DNA of 39,865 nucleotides from Seison nebaliae (Eukaryota): NCBI GenBank assembly GCA_023231475.1, contig JALJEE010002520.1, positions 1 to 39,865 of the forward strand, read 5' to 3'. Shown piece by piece: positions 1 to 11,421 of this stretch (position 1 is its first letter; each line of letters starts with the position of its first letter). The notes under the pieces were generated by a model. It saw only the letters and a program-made list of their open reading frames with translations, ran no database searches and was not told where the DNA came from. The position numbers and the translations under genes were made by a program.

Positions 1-71
1 ACTTACTTGATTCAGATAAGTCCTATTTGTTTATATAAGGAAAATGTTATTTAAGGAGAGAGAAAAAAAAA

Positions 72-137
72 TCGGAAATACGTTCCGTTTTATCAATTTT
101 TGGAAGAAAAGAGAAAGGTCGGAAATACGTTCCGTTT
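72..137. repeat. Direct repeat (2x TCGGAAATACGTTCCGTTT), each copy holding an inverted ETS-like pair CGGAA-N5-TTCCG, upstream of Rpn6
   Basis: Identical 19-mers at 72-90 and 119-137; TGAGTCA (AP-1-like) follows at 149-155. Confidence 0.7.
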
Positions 138-317
138 ACCAATCGATATGAGTCAACGGAGAATGGGATATCTATGAAATGTAAATAGAGAGCTAAATTT
201 TGATTGGGATAAAAGAAAATGAAAGAATCATCAATTTTTTCGATGTGCGATAATGGGAATATAATTGAAAGTTGAGCTTAGTTAAAAAAGTAGACAGAAG
301 ATTGAAAATTCGTTGGA

Positions 318-1905
318 ATGGAAGAAATACAGAAAATTGACATAAAACAATTCGTTGAGAAGATTGACGAGTTGTTGCGAGAAGCACAAGCGTTTGCTGA
401 ATTGAAGGAATATGGAAAGAGTAAGAAAGTGATTGAAGATATTCAGAAATATGATTCTCTTCGTCGATGGTTGGAGGAGGATCGGAAAGTGTTGATCGAT
501 ACGACATCGGAAGATGAATCATTGGAACATCGTATCTTTTGTTGGGAAGAGGCATATAGTCAGGAATTGTCATTGAGAGAACAATCGTCTATTTTATATG
601 GAGATGTATTGATGAAAGGTAATTTTAAGACTGAGTTAGCTCAATTCATTGTGGAAGTGCGACCGTTATTAAAAGAATTATCGAAAGCGAAAGCGGCGAA
701 AGTTGTCCGAATTCTCATCGACAAATTCTTCTCGATCGAATCGGATAGTGAAATGGAAGTTCGTGTTTGTGAAGAATGTATCGAATGGGCCATAAATGAG
801 AAACGTATTTTTCTTGAACAAGCTCTTCAAACTCGTCTCGTTCGTCTATATTACAATAACGACAATTTCCAAGAAGCGTTGAGATTGACAGGTGAATTAC
901 TTCCAATTCTCAAACGATTAGACGACAAACAACTTCTTGTCGAAGTTGAGTTACTCAATTCATTATGTTATTTCAAATTACAGAATGATACGAAAGCGAG
1001 AGCATCATTGACGACTGCGAGAACGACAGCAAATGGCATTTATTGTCCTCCCACACTACAAGCACAATTGGATATGCAATCTGGAATTTTACATTCCGTC
1101 AATGATAATGATTATAAAACGGCATTCTCCTATTTCTATGAAGCATTTGATGGATTCAATTCCACTGCTAATTCAAAAGAAGCTTCACGCGCTCTCAAAT
1201 ATATGATGTTGTGTAAGATTATGCTTCTCGAGTTTAGTTTTTCTTTTTTTTTTATTCATTTTTTATCCGAACATTTTTCATTTAAATTTTCATCTTTTTA
1301 TATATATGTATGTATGAAGAGAATAGTGATTAGAATATATATTATATTCATAATTAATTATCGATTGTTTTAGGGCGGATGAAGTGAATGCAATAATGAG
1401 TGGGAAGACGGCAATTAATTATCATTCAAAAGATACGGAAGCTATTCGTGAGGTTGCCATAGCAACAATGAAGAATTCACTTCAACAATTACTCGATACT
1501 ATCGGGAAATATAAGAAAGAATTAGTAGATGATGATGTGTGTGAGAGACAATTGCAATTATTGCAGGACGAACTCATCGAAAGGAATCTTCTTAAACTCA
1601 TACGACCATATTCACGTATCGAAGTCATTTATCTGGCTAAACTTATTCAATTAGATGGAGAATTAGTTGAAAAGAAATTATCGTCGATGATTCTTGATAA
1701 GAAATTTCATGGTTCTAATTAATTTTATCTAATTTCCATATTTTTCATCAATTAATTTTTAGGTATTCTCGATCAGGGATCGGGCGATCTCCTCATATTC
1801 GATGAAGCGCAAGATGAGAAACTTTATAAGAATTGTCTAGAAATCATTTCGGAGATGAATGGAGTCGTTGATCGTTTATATACGAGAACAGCAAAACTTC
1901 GATAA
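318..1905 (+). CDS. PSMD11: 26S proteasome non-ATPase regulatory subunit 11 (Rpn6), PCI domain; exons 318-1231, 1374-1711, 1763-1905
   Basis: Motifs SKAKAAKVVR, KRLDDKQLLVEV, ARTTANGIYCPP, DYKTAFSYFYEAF, LKYMMLCKIM, PYSRIE, KLSSMILDKKFHGILDQG; two GT-AG introns restore the frame. Confidence 0.96.
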
Positions 1906-1969
1906 ATAATTAAAATTAAGAGTGGAATTCTTCTTAAAAATTTCTTTGAAATAAATTATTAATTTCCAC

Positions 1970-4562
1970 TTAAAACAATGACGTCAATGATCCTTTCATC
2001 TTCTTCATTATTCCATTAGAAATTCCATTTCCATCAGTATTGGAAGCGTCCTTCCCAGATAATTTTCCCATCAATTTATTTCCTATTCCACCATTATTAC
2101 CACCACCACCAAATTTCTTTTTCAAGAAATTTCCCATTAAGCTCATCATTTTCTTTCCTTTTAACAATTTCTTCAATTTACCAAAGACTTTCTTATAAAT
2201 CGATTGCTTTTCCTCTTTCGTTTTATCGTCAGCTCCTGGTGATCTATTAATTGATCGTATAAGTGTTCGATTCAATTTTTTTTCATTCTTTCCAAACCTT
2301 TTAAGAAATTTACGATTCTTAAATTTCTTCATCAATTTCCTAAATAAAGAAGTGAAACTGAATTTCTTCGATTTTTCTTCTTGATCAGCAGAACGTCTCA
2401 CTCGATCGAACGGTTGAAGTAACCGGAATATTTCGGAGACGTTAATCGTCTTTATATTATCGAAAATAACTGACAACTTTTCCGTATTAACTTTTAATGC
2501 GAATTTATGAGTTAATTCTTCCAATAAACTATTTCCATTCTCCAGTTGAAAATATTCATCCAAAAGAGTGTTGTACAACTCATTTTTTAATTCTACATCT
2601 TCACATCCAGTTATATTATCCAACTTATCATTCAAATTTGGAACGACATCGTATAATTCTCTTATTAGGTCGCCCATCATATTCTCTTCTAAACGATAAG
2701 GAGAATTTGGTTCAAATAATGATTTCATTATTTCTAATTGAATACTCCTTAAAACCGTCGAATTGATCTCACTTCCATTCGTATTAATTTGGAAATCAGT
2801 ATTCTCTATTTGTTGCTCAGTAAAATTATATTGAAATTTCTCTAATTTTGTCGTTAAAATTTCATTATTCACTTCATCATTCAAATTGGTGGAAGTTGCA
2901 ATTGTCGATTCATTTGATCTCATCATTTCAATCGTGTTCACATATCCCTCATTCACAATAAACTTCTTCTTCTGATTCTTTTCCACATCCACATACATTT
3001 TGGGTAAATTCGAATTATTTCCTTCTTTATTCTTCAATCTTCCATTAGCTTTCTTCGTTGCTATTGAAATATTTAAATTTTCTGTTGATGTTTCAATTAC
3101 CCTTGAATTATGTCTCTCGACCATTGGCTTTTTGTCCACTGATGAAATTTCCTTATTATTTCGTAATTCTTCAGTTTTTCTTTTTGAAATTTTTTTTTCT
3201 TTCCATTCTTCTTCGGCTTTCTCATTAGGCTTAGGCTTTTCTATTTTTCCACTAATTTTTTTTTTATTGATATCACTTTTAAATTTTTTCTTTTCTTTTT
3301 CCCTAGTTGTTGTAGTAGTAGAAGTTGTTTTAGTAGTTGAAGTTGTTTTAGTAGTAGAAGTTGTTTTAGTAGTAGAAGTTGTATTAGTAGTAGAAGTTGT
3401 TGTAGTAGTAGAAGTTGTATTAGTAGTAGAAGTTGTTTTAGTAGTAGAAGTTGTTGTAATAGTAGAAGTTGTTGTAATAGTAGAAGTTGTTGTTGAATTG
3501 ATTTTAGTAGGTGTCGTAATTATTTCCATGGAAGTTAAAGGAGTAGCTGAATAAGTTTGAGAACTCAAATGACCGTTGGTACATTTCAACTGAATTTCCA
3601 CATTGCCCTCTGAATATTTGTAAATTTGATTATTTGGGATCTGCTTTTGTTCTCTATCAATCCAACAGCGACCTCGTAAGATGAAGATAATGAAAGAAAT
3701 GAATAACGAAACAAACTTTTCTCCTCTTTATTACAATATTTCCAGCCACCTTTCTCTTCGAAATTCTTTGCAGTTGCACACCAACTCTCTTTTCCTGTTA
3801 CTTCTACACAACTCGTGAATTGTTTCCCGTTGTAATTGAAAGGGAAGGAGCATTCTTTTAGAAGAAAAATTCAACTTCCTGAAAAAAACGAACTTTCAAA
3901 ATTCTAACCGTTCTGACAATATTTCCACTCAAACGGTTCTTTTTTCAACGATGACGTTGTGGCACAATACGGTCTCCCTCCATTTCCAGGTGTACAATAA
4001 TAACGAGTCAATCCAGCTAAATCAATAAACGGAAATTGACATCTTGGCGTTTTCTCTACTAAACCAAAAAATAATAATTTTTCCAAATTTTTTTCCAAAA
4101 ATTTTTTCAAAACACCAACTTTCTTTACATACTCGAAATTGTTTATCTTCATCGAAATTCGCCGTTTTCGAACACCATGGTTTAGTATAACCGACAGTGA
4201 CACATTTATAAAATATTTGACCTTGTAACTCAAAGGGAAAATGACATTCGTCTTATTTCAATTTTAATTTAATTTCACTTTCGAAGTTAAAACAGTTCTA
4301 CCTTTACATAAAGCCCATTTGCGGTCTCTATCATAATTAGCCGTTTTACTACACCATTTCGTTCCGGTGAATGATGTAATACATTCACAATATTCCTCTC
4401 CCATATAAATGAATGGGAAAACGCAACCGTTCACTATTTTCCTACATTTTTCTGAATGGTTCGTGAATAGATTGAATGACGAATGAAATAAGACGAGAAA
4501 CTTGTTGAGGAGATTGCTTCGAAGCAAATGAATAAAAGGCAAAAATGGACGAAAAGTCTCAT
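1970..4562 (-). CDS. Secreted protein: signal peptide, 4 fibronectin type II domains, Thr-rich mucin-like stalk, charged region, furin site and cationic C-terminus; exons 4502-4562, 4302-4451, 4120-4251, 3909-4058, 3717-3854, 1970-3672
   Basis: MRLFVHFCLLFICFEAISS signal; FN2 signatures CVFPFIY...WCSKTANYDRDRKWALC, CHFPF...WCSKTANFDEDKQFRVC, CQFPF...YCATT...WKYC, CSFPFNYNG...WCATAKNFEEKGGWKYC, each on a phase 1-1 exon; joins in frame to ORF 1970-3601. Confidence 0.85.
3305..3495 (-). repeat. Coding 18-bp tandem repeat encoding TTST(T/I)(K/N/T) units (mucin-like stalk)
   Basis: About 10 copies of AGTAGTAGAAGTTGT(T/A)(T/G)T-type units on the + strand. Confidence 0.9.
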
Positions 4563-4769
4563 GAGATTAGATGAAAATTGAAGTAAATTTTCGAAGAATT
4601 TATTGAAGAAAGTTTGAATGATATTTCGATGATATCTCGTGGAAAGAACAAGAGGAGGAGTTAGCGACAAGTCATAAACAGAAAGAAGAAGAAAAATAAT
4701 AAAACATGATTTTATTGTAAAAGAAGAAGATTATCTCATGAATCATAATTAGTTTCGAGGACACTCTCT

Positions 4770-5900
4770 TTATGATTTGTTCCAATTCATAACAAAAACT
4801 GTTTTGCCTGACCCGCCATATACGGTCGTTGTGGGTCCGAGTAACCGGTCTTTTTTACCCGAAATTTTCAATGGACGATCGACACATATATCAAGACATT
4901 GGAAACCACACTTACTATTCTTCAGTGACGCAGTGAATTTGGACGTTTCCCGATTGAGTACACCAAGGAAATTGGCATTGACACCACCGATGATAATGTC
5001 GTTGTCCTCGAAGAATCGACAACAATACAGTTGAGTGGGATGATCGCCTAAATTGTAATTTTTCAACAATTTACAAGTGCTACCGCTCCAAACCTGCAAC
5101 GGATCCTGATGTCGATAAGAACCTGTTAAAATTTCATTCCGATCACTATCAATATCGATCGTGTTACTTCCGATATGAGGTCCGAATATGAAACAAGTAG
5201 ATATTTTATTATGAACATCCCAAATATGGATGGTTTTATCCCAACCACCTGAATACAACTTGTTGTCATCATTCTTGTTGGCACGAAGGGAATAAATCCG
5301 ATTGACATGACCATCAATGGACGACGGTACTGATGACGCTTCCAACGTATTGATCAAAATTTTCTGCCCTAAATCATACTGACGAATGATGGCATCGGAA
5401 CCACCTGTAAATATCGAATCCTGATTATTACTTATGCAAAATGTAAAAATTTGCTGTTTCTCTTTGAAGACCTTGAGCATTTCCACCGTCTCCCAATTCC
5501 AGAGCATGAGATGTCCCGCACTATCTGAACTTACTAAAAGATAACGATCTTTCGTACGTAACCAATCCAATTCGGTTATCGGAGCCTTCTTCGACGAATA
5601 CTTGAGAACTTTAAGTAACTTAAATTTCGCACGTTCCAGAACATTGATCGTTCCATCAATTAGCCCGATTGCAACTATATTATCTTCTGGATGACAACTA
5701 AGACACATTACGTCCGTGTCAAATTTAAGTTGAATCTGTGGGGCGAACGCACCGAAAAATGAAAGATCTTCATCGATTTCAGTGATCATCGTTTCGCCGT
5801 CAACAGTCAACTTAAGAATGATGTGGAATGAATGAAAGAATGAATGGATTTGGAAGTATTAGAATTTCTATGAATTGGTAGTTACGACAATTCGTCCCAT
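4770..5900 (-). CDS. WD40-repeat (beta-propeller) protein; probable short first coding exon 5886-5900 (MGRIV) plus 4770-5810
   Basis: WD repeats, e.g. GHVNRIYSL...LYSGGWDKTIHIWD and FTGGSDAIIRQYD; start exon inferred (GTAACT...AAG intron 5811-5885); otherwise an internal Met is the start. Confidence 0.8.
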
Positions 5901-6345
5901 ACAATTTCCCCTGAATAGATGATAGTGCTATATAATTCGAATGTGAAGCTCAGTGGCACTTCAACGGTAATCTGACCGTTTTAAAATTATCTTTCAAATT
6001 TCAAATTGTAACACTCACGTCACTTTATGAATAGTCGTTGGGACGATTAGACAATTTGAACAAACGAAAAAAAAAAGGAAATGAAAGAAAAGAAAAAAAA
6101 ATAATAAATTGAAATTGAAACTGATTCGAACACTCCTTAAAACTATAAGCGCAGTCGAAAAGAAAGTTGAAGAATTCATTTCAATTCATTTTTTTTCCAT
6201 TAATATAAACGTGTCAATTTCAGTTGGCATCCAACTTCCAATTTTTCCTCTTGTCTCCCAATTCGTTTTCTTAATCAACGAATCATTTGACATTTCGCTT
6301 ACTTACTACTTTCTTCTTTTCTACTACCATAAATAGAGCGACAGA

Positions 6346-9300
6346 ATGGCTGGATTCAAATTCACATATGATGAGTCTGGAAATCAATTCTTTTATTTCC
6401 TTTCAGCCATCTATGCTCTCGTTCTCATTCCAATGACATACGTCTTCTGGCCCAACAAGACTTACAAAGGTTTCTTTCATTTCTCTCATTTTACATGTCG
6501 AACGATTCAATTGAAGATATCGAAAATCATCCAGAAGAATGGTGTCATTATCTTCCTTCGATAGGCAAACGACAATTACTTAATAAGGATCTCCCCCAAA
6601 AAAAACGATATCGAAAAGTAAAGTTTGGTCATTAATTTCTCCATTTTTTCTCTATTAAAATTCTATAATTCTTTCCAGTTTTTTCTTTCATTAAAATCTC
6701 TCAAAATTTTTCCCATTTTTTTCCCATAAAAATTTCTGAAAATTCTTCCCATTTTTATTCCTTGAAATATTCTCAAAATTTTTCCCATTTATTTTTCATA
6801 AAAATCTTTCAAATTTTTTCCGATTTTTTCTCGTTTTTTGTTTCATAAAAATTCTCAAAATTTTTCCTAATTTTTTTTAAATTTGTTTTCTTTATCATTT
6901 CCTTTAGGATATTAATTTTGTCGATTTCTTGGATTTTATTACTTCTACTCGTTTATAAAACGTCGACGATGGAAATTCAAGAAACTGTCAAATTTGATCC
7001 GTATGCAATTTTGGGATTAGACGAAGTTCAATAGTTTTTTTCTTCGATTGTTTTGTGATGGGAACGTGTAAATTTGAAGGGTGCGAGTAAGTCGGAAGTG
7101 AAGAAACAATATTTCAAATTGAGTAAAGTTCATCATCCAGATAAAGGTGGAAGTGAAGACACGTTCATGAAAATTAGTAAAGCGATGAAGACGTTGACGG
7201 ATGACGAGGCGAAGAAGAATTGGGAGAATCACGGTAATCCTGATGGTCCTGGAGGTGGGAAATTTAAATTAAAATTTAAAAATCACCTAAAAAAATTCGT
7301 TTTTTAGCGATGTTGTTTGGAATTGCTTTGCCAGCATGGATCATTGAATCGGAATATTCAGTTTTTGTGCTTGGTGCTTATGGATTCCTCTTCTTTTTAT
7401 TGTTGCCAATAGTAGTTGGAATTTGGTGGAAGAATTCTTCGAAATATTGTGGAGAACAAGTTCATTATTATTGTTTTACCGTTTCTTTCTGTAATTGTGA
7501 GGGAAATTTGGTTGAAATAGATTCTATTAAATACAATGACGACATATGCACATTATTTGCAGAAGAATACATGTATAAATTATAGAAGTTTCTATTCCAT
7601 ATTATCAATTTGTTCATTCTTTTTCCAGGATGTCTCTTGATATTTTCGGGTGCTTTTGAATTCTGTAAACAGTTCAATAGTAAAATCCAAACGAGACCAA
7701 CTGACGATATAGAAGTATTTGAATTAATCAAATTGTTAGGTGATGTGAATGAACGAACAAAAGAGACTCCATTTAATGCGATTTATTCGGTGAAAGCGAG
7801 AGCATTACTCATTGCTCATATCGAACGACATGAATTGACAGATAATTTGATATCTGATTTGAATGTTCTCTTGAAAGAGACGCCACAATTATTGATTGAA
7901 ATGATCCATATTGTCAATCAATTGATATCGATGGCAAATGCTCCTATGTGTAATGGTAAAATTATCGCGCCTCATATTCAGACGATCGAAAATATCATGA
8001 AATTATCACAGACGATAATTCAAGGTGTAAATGAGAAGAAATCTCCACTTCTTCAATTACCTTATATGAATGAAGCGGTTCTCAAACAATTCCATTTGAA
8101 GAAGCGACATGTGAATTCGTTGAAAGTCTTCGCTACCATCCATGACGATGATCGACGACGAGCATTGAAATCTTTATCGAATAATGAATATATTGAAATG
8201 TTGCGAGCATTATCTATCTTTCCTCGTTTATTCGTCAATCATCATGTACATGTAAGCGGCGAAGATGATGCCACTGTAATTACGACGGGTGCTCTCGTCA
8301 CTATTACATTCGAGTTGTCGAGATCTGATTACTCGAAAGTAATCAGTAATTATGTTCGTTATTCCGGTAATCATTCCAATTATTCGGAATGTTCCAATAA
8401 TATCATTAATGAAACCAGACCAACAACATCCTCATCCCATCATCATGATGAATCACGGAATGATTCAATCGATATCAAATCAAATATGATCGGTAATGAT
8501 GGTGATCGTGCCAATTCCAATACGAGAAAAACGAAGAATCCTCAATCAAATAACAAACAACAATTCGTTCAAAGAAGAACGAAACGTAACGAGAAGAAAA
8601 AGAAGAAGAATGCGAAGAAAGTAAAGAAGATATTAGAGACATCATCAGACTCAGATTCTCAATCGGACAAAGAAGGAGGAACAAATGGAACTGATGGTGG
8701 TGAGACGACTGAACAAGAATTCCAGAATGAAGACGAGAAGATTATCGATGAATTTCAATTAGAACAAAAGAAAAAGGATCGATTAGAACAGAAAACTCAT
8801 AAATCTCATCGTGTCTTCTGTCCTTTCTATCCTCTCGTTAAACAAGAATATTGGTGGTTGTACATTTTCGAAAAGAAGACGAACAATATCATGTCCTTAC
8901 CAACATTGATTACAGATCTTGTTGATACGAAAGAAGTTTCCAATTTCTTTTTTTTTTTTCATTAATCAATTCGATTATAAAGATTGAAGTAAAATTGATG
9001 GCGCCAGAGAAAGCTGGTCAATATACGTATATTGCCGTTTTACGGTCAGATTCATATTTGGATTGCGACCAATTAGTTCCAATAAAAGTTCCTTTATTTC
9101 CTTCTACAATACAATTGTAAAAAATGATTTTTCCAATTTAGATCAATGTAGTAAAAGCGGAAGAAGTGGAATTGGATCATCCACAATGGCATTTCTCAGA
9201 AGATGAAGACGACGGTGCTTTACAAGGACTAGATCAAATTGGCAAATCAATTTTCAATAGCACACCCGATGAAAATGAAGATGATTTCATGATGGAATCG

Positions 9301-9492
9301 GATGATGAAGAAATTGATGAAAATGAAACTGAATTACATCGTCGAAATCGGAACAATAACAACAATTTGGAGGATGGAACAAATGAGGATGATGAAGAGG
9401 AGGAGAAAGAGAACGTATCTGACAATGACAGTACATCTGATAATCAACGAGACATGTCGACGAATGATGAAGAGAACAAGAAAGAAAATTGA
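6346..9492 (+). CDS. SEC63: Translocation protein SEC63 (TM, J-domain, Sec63/Brl domain, acidic tail); exons 6346-6469, 6517-6622, 6908-7025, 7080-7254, 7308-7459, 7521-7587, 7629-8935, 8983-9087, 9142-9492
   Basis: MAGFKFTYDESGNQFFYF start, FDPYAILGL..HHPDKGG J-domain, GNPDGPG-AMLFGIALPAW, KSPLLQLPY, SHRVFCPFYPLVKQEYWWLY, LRSDSYLD. Confidence 0.96.
6640..6880. repeat. Degenerate ~35-bp AT-rich minisatellite expanding SEC63 intron 2
   Basis: Recurring units like TAAAATYTCTCAAAATTTTTCCCATTTTT; intron is 285 nt versus the usual ~50 nt. Confidence 0.6.
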
Positions 9493-9619
9493 AGCGGAAA
9501 TTTTATTATAAGAGGATTCTATTTATATATATCTTGTTTTGAATTTGAGACTGTATTTTATCTTTACCCGAAATGAGTATGGCAAATCGAAAATAAAAGA
9601 ATTTTATTCCATTTCTTTT

Positions 9620-9976
9620 TTACACGACTGTATTGTTTTGTGTGGAGATATATAAAACTACAAAAAAAAAAATTTTTATCCTTTCTATTTTTTTTCTCCT
9701 CTCAAATAAACTTATATTAACCGTTGTTACCTCGAAGAAAAATGTCTCCATGTTTAAACGTCATCCGTCCATCATTGTACTCTTCACTCTCTTCCAATAC
9801 GATGTTCATATATCCGTCTAACGCCAACAATATTCCTGTAGAAATGAGAAATTTTTTTGAATTATTCAATTCAAACAATCCATACCTCGATAATCGATTC
9901 CTGAATGTAATTTCACCACGACTGGTTTCCCTTTTAACCGTCTCAGGAAATCTCCTGGAGTTTGCTTCTTTGTCAT
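9620..9976 (-). CDS. LSM6: U6 snRNA-associated Sm-like protein LSm6; exons 9886-9976, 9722-9835, 9620-9657
   Basis: Spliced: MTKKQTPGDFLRRLKGKPVVVKLHSGIDYRGILLALDGYMNIVLEESEEYNDGRMTFKHGDIFLRGNNVLYISTQNNTVV. Confidence 0.95.
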
Positions 9977-10126
9977 CGATTCGACGAATAATAGAAAGAA
10001 AGATTTTAAAAAATAATTCAAATTTTCTCTCACAAAGCTTTCAATAGGAAAGTTCAAGTAATGTAAAAATAGAAAAAAAAATTTTTAATATATTTCTTTA
10101 AAAAACATTTGAAAAAAACTCTCCAA

Positions 10127-11194
10127 ATGTTAAGATTAATGATATTAGTCAAACTAATTGTCATCCATATTTTCTTCACGAAGTTGTCGGATGGAAGTTG
10201 TGTGGTGGAGAATGGTACGATAGTTCCATTCTATTTATTCTTAAAAGTCCCCAAACTATCCAATTGGGCGGGAAATGAACTTTTGGTATTTTCTCCAAAT
10301 TCTCCCAATAAATTTTCTCAAGATTTTTATAATGTCGAAAATCGGTCAAATGGAACTTTGCAGGAAACTTTAAATTCCATCAAATTCACCAATCGATCAT
10401 TATTGTTGGTATATTCCGATCAACCATCGTCTGGAAAGGAAGTTAGTGAGAATTATGCTCATTCCAAAGGAATATTATATTATGATTTCGGAGAAGAAAA
10501 AGGATTTTGGTTAATGCATTCTATACCACATTTTATCGATATTGATCCCTCAAATTATTCTTATAATTATCCGAAAAGTGGAAAGGAATATGGTCAGAAT
10601 GGATTATGTTTATCTTTAGATCATCAACCCACTCACTTAAACGTATTATTTCAACATCTCTACATCATTCATTGTAATATTGATCAGAAATTTATTGGGA
10701 AATCGATTTCGATCAATTTCGATAAATATTTCCAATCGATAATTACCAAACATTCCGATTTACCTCGACCATCATATCTGATAAATGAATTGGATGAATT
10801 TCATTTAATTTCCAAAAATAAATTATTTCATTTCGACATCTATCAACTCTTCTTTAACATAACTCAACAATTTTCATCATTTCCCATATTGTTCGTGGAA
10901 TCATGGCGGAATGGTAAAGGCAACTTCAATTCTTCATGTTATGAACCTAATCATAAAATTATTGAAATCGATTCTTTACATTTCACCAATCTACCCAAAC
11001 TCTCATATTCGACTCATCATGATCATTCGAAATGGGCAGTCAGTGATCAAACCAATCACATTTGTTTCGCTGATATGAATCGTCAAATGGAACAATTGAA
11101 TCGTGGTGGTGGAATGATATGTTGGAGGAATGAATTCCTCTCCGATCTCTTCCACAATTCAATTGAGTTAATTGATGCATGTGAATTGAGATGA
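10127..11194 (+). CDS. DNASE2: Deoxyribonuclease II (lysosomal acid DNase), intronless
   Basis: Signal peptide; YSDQP, AHSKG, GFWLMHSIPHF, YGQNGLC, DHSKWAVS, C.ADMNR..EQLNRGGGMIC; first ATG at 10127. Confidence 0.93.
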   Translation: MLRLMILVKLIVIHIFFTKLSDGSCVVENGTIVPFYLFLKVPKLSNWAGNELLVFSPNSPNKFSQDFYNVENRSNGTLQETLNSIKFTNRSLLLVYSDQPSSGKEVSENYAHSKGILYYDFGEEKGFWLMHSIPHFIDIDPSNYSYNYPKSGKEYGQNGLCLSLDHQPTHLNVLFQHLYIIHCNIDQKFIGKSISINFDKYFQSIITKHSDLPRPSYLINELDEFHLISKNKLFHFDIYQLFFNITQQFSSFPILFVESWRNGKGNFNSSCYEPNHKIIEIDSLHFTNLPKLSYSTHHDHSKWAVSDQTNHICFADMNRQMEQLNRGGGMICWRNEFLSDLFHNSIELIDACELR

Positions 11195-11421
11195 TAATTC
11201 GAAAAGATAAAACCAGTTGAAAAATCGAAAATATTTTCCAATTTTTTGTTGTAGATTATTAAATGTCAATGTTCTCTTTCTTCTTTTTTCTCTTAGTCAA
11301 CTTTTAATTCATTTACTTTTCATGTGTCAAAAATTAAACTAATTAAGTAGAAGTAGAGAATAGAATCTTAACATTAGCATCGGAAGTAACTAGAGACGTT
11401 ACTTCCACGAAAAACTTATCA

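Noticed and set aside
1..12. ACTTACTTG resembling the U1 snRNA 5' end
   Set aside because: No U1 stem-loops or Sm site follow; better read as a minus-strand GTAAGT donor or chance.
1453..1466. Perfect X-box GTTGCCATAGCAAC
   Set aside because: Lies within Rpn6 coding exon 2 (VAIAT); probably coincidental.
3000..3554. 184-aa + strand ORF with VVEVVL repeats
   Set aside because: Antisense shadow of the Thr-rich coding repeat of the FN2 gene.
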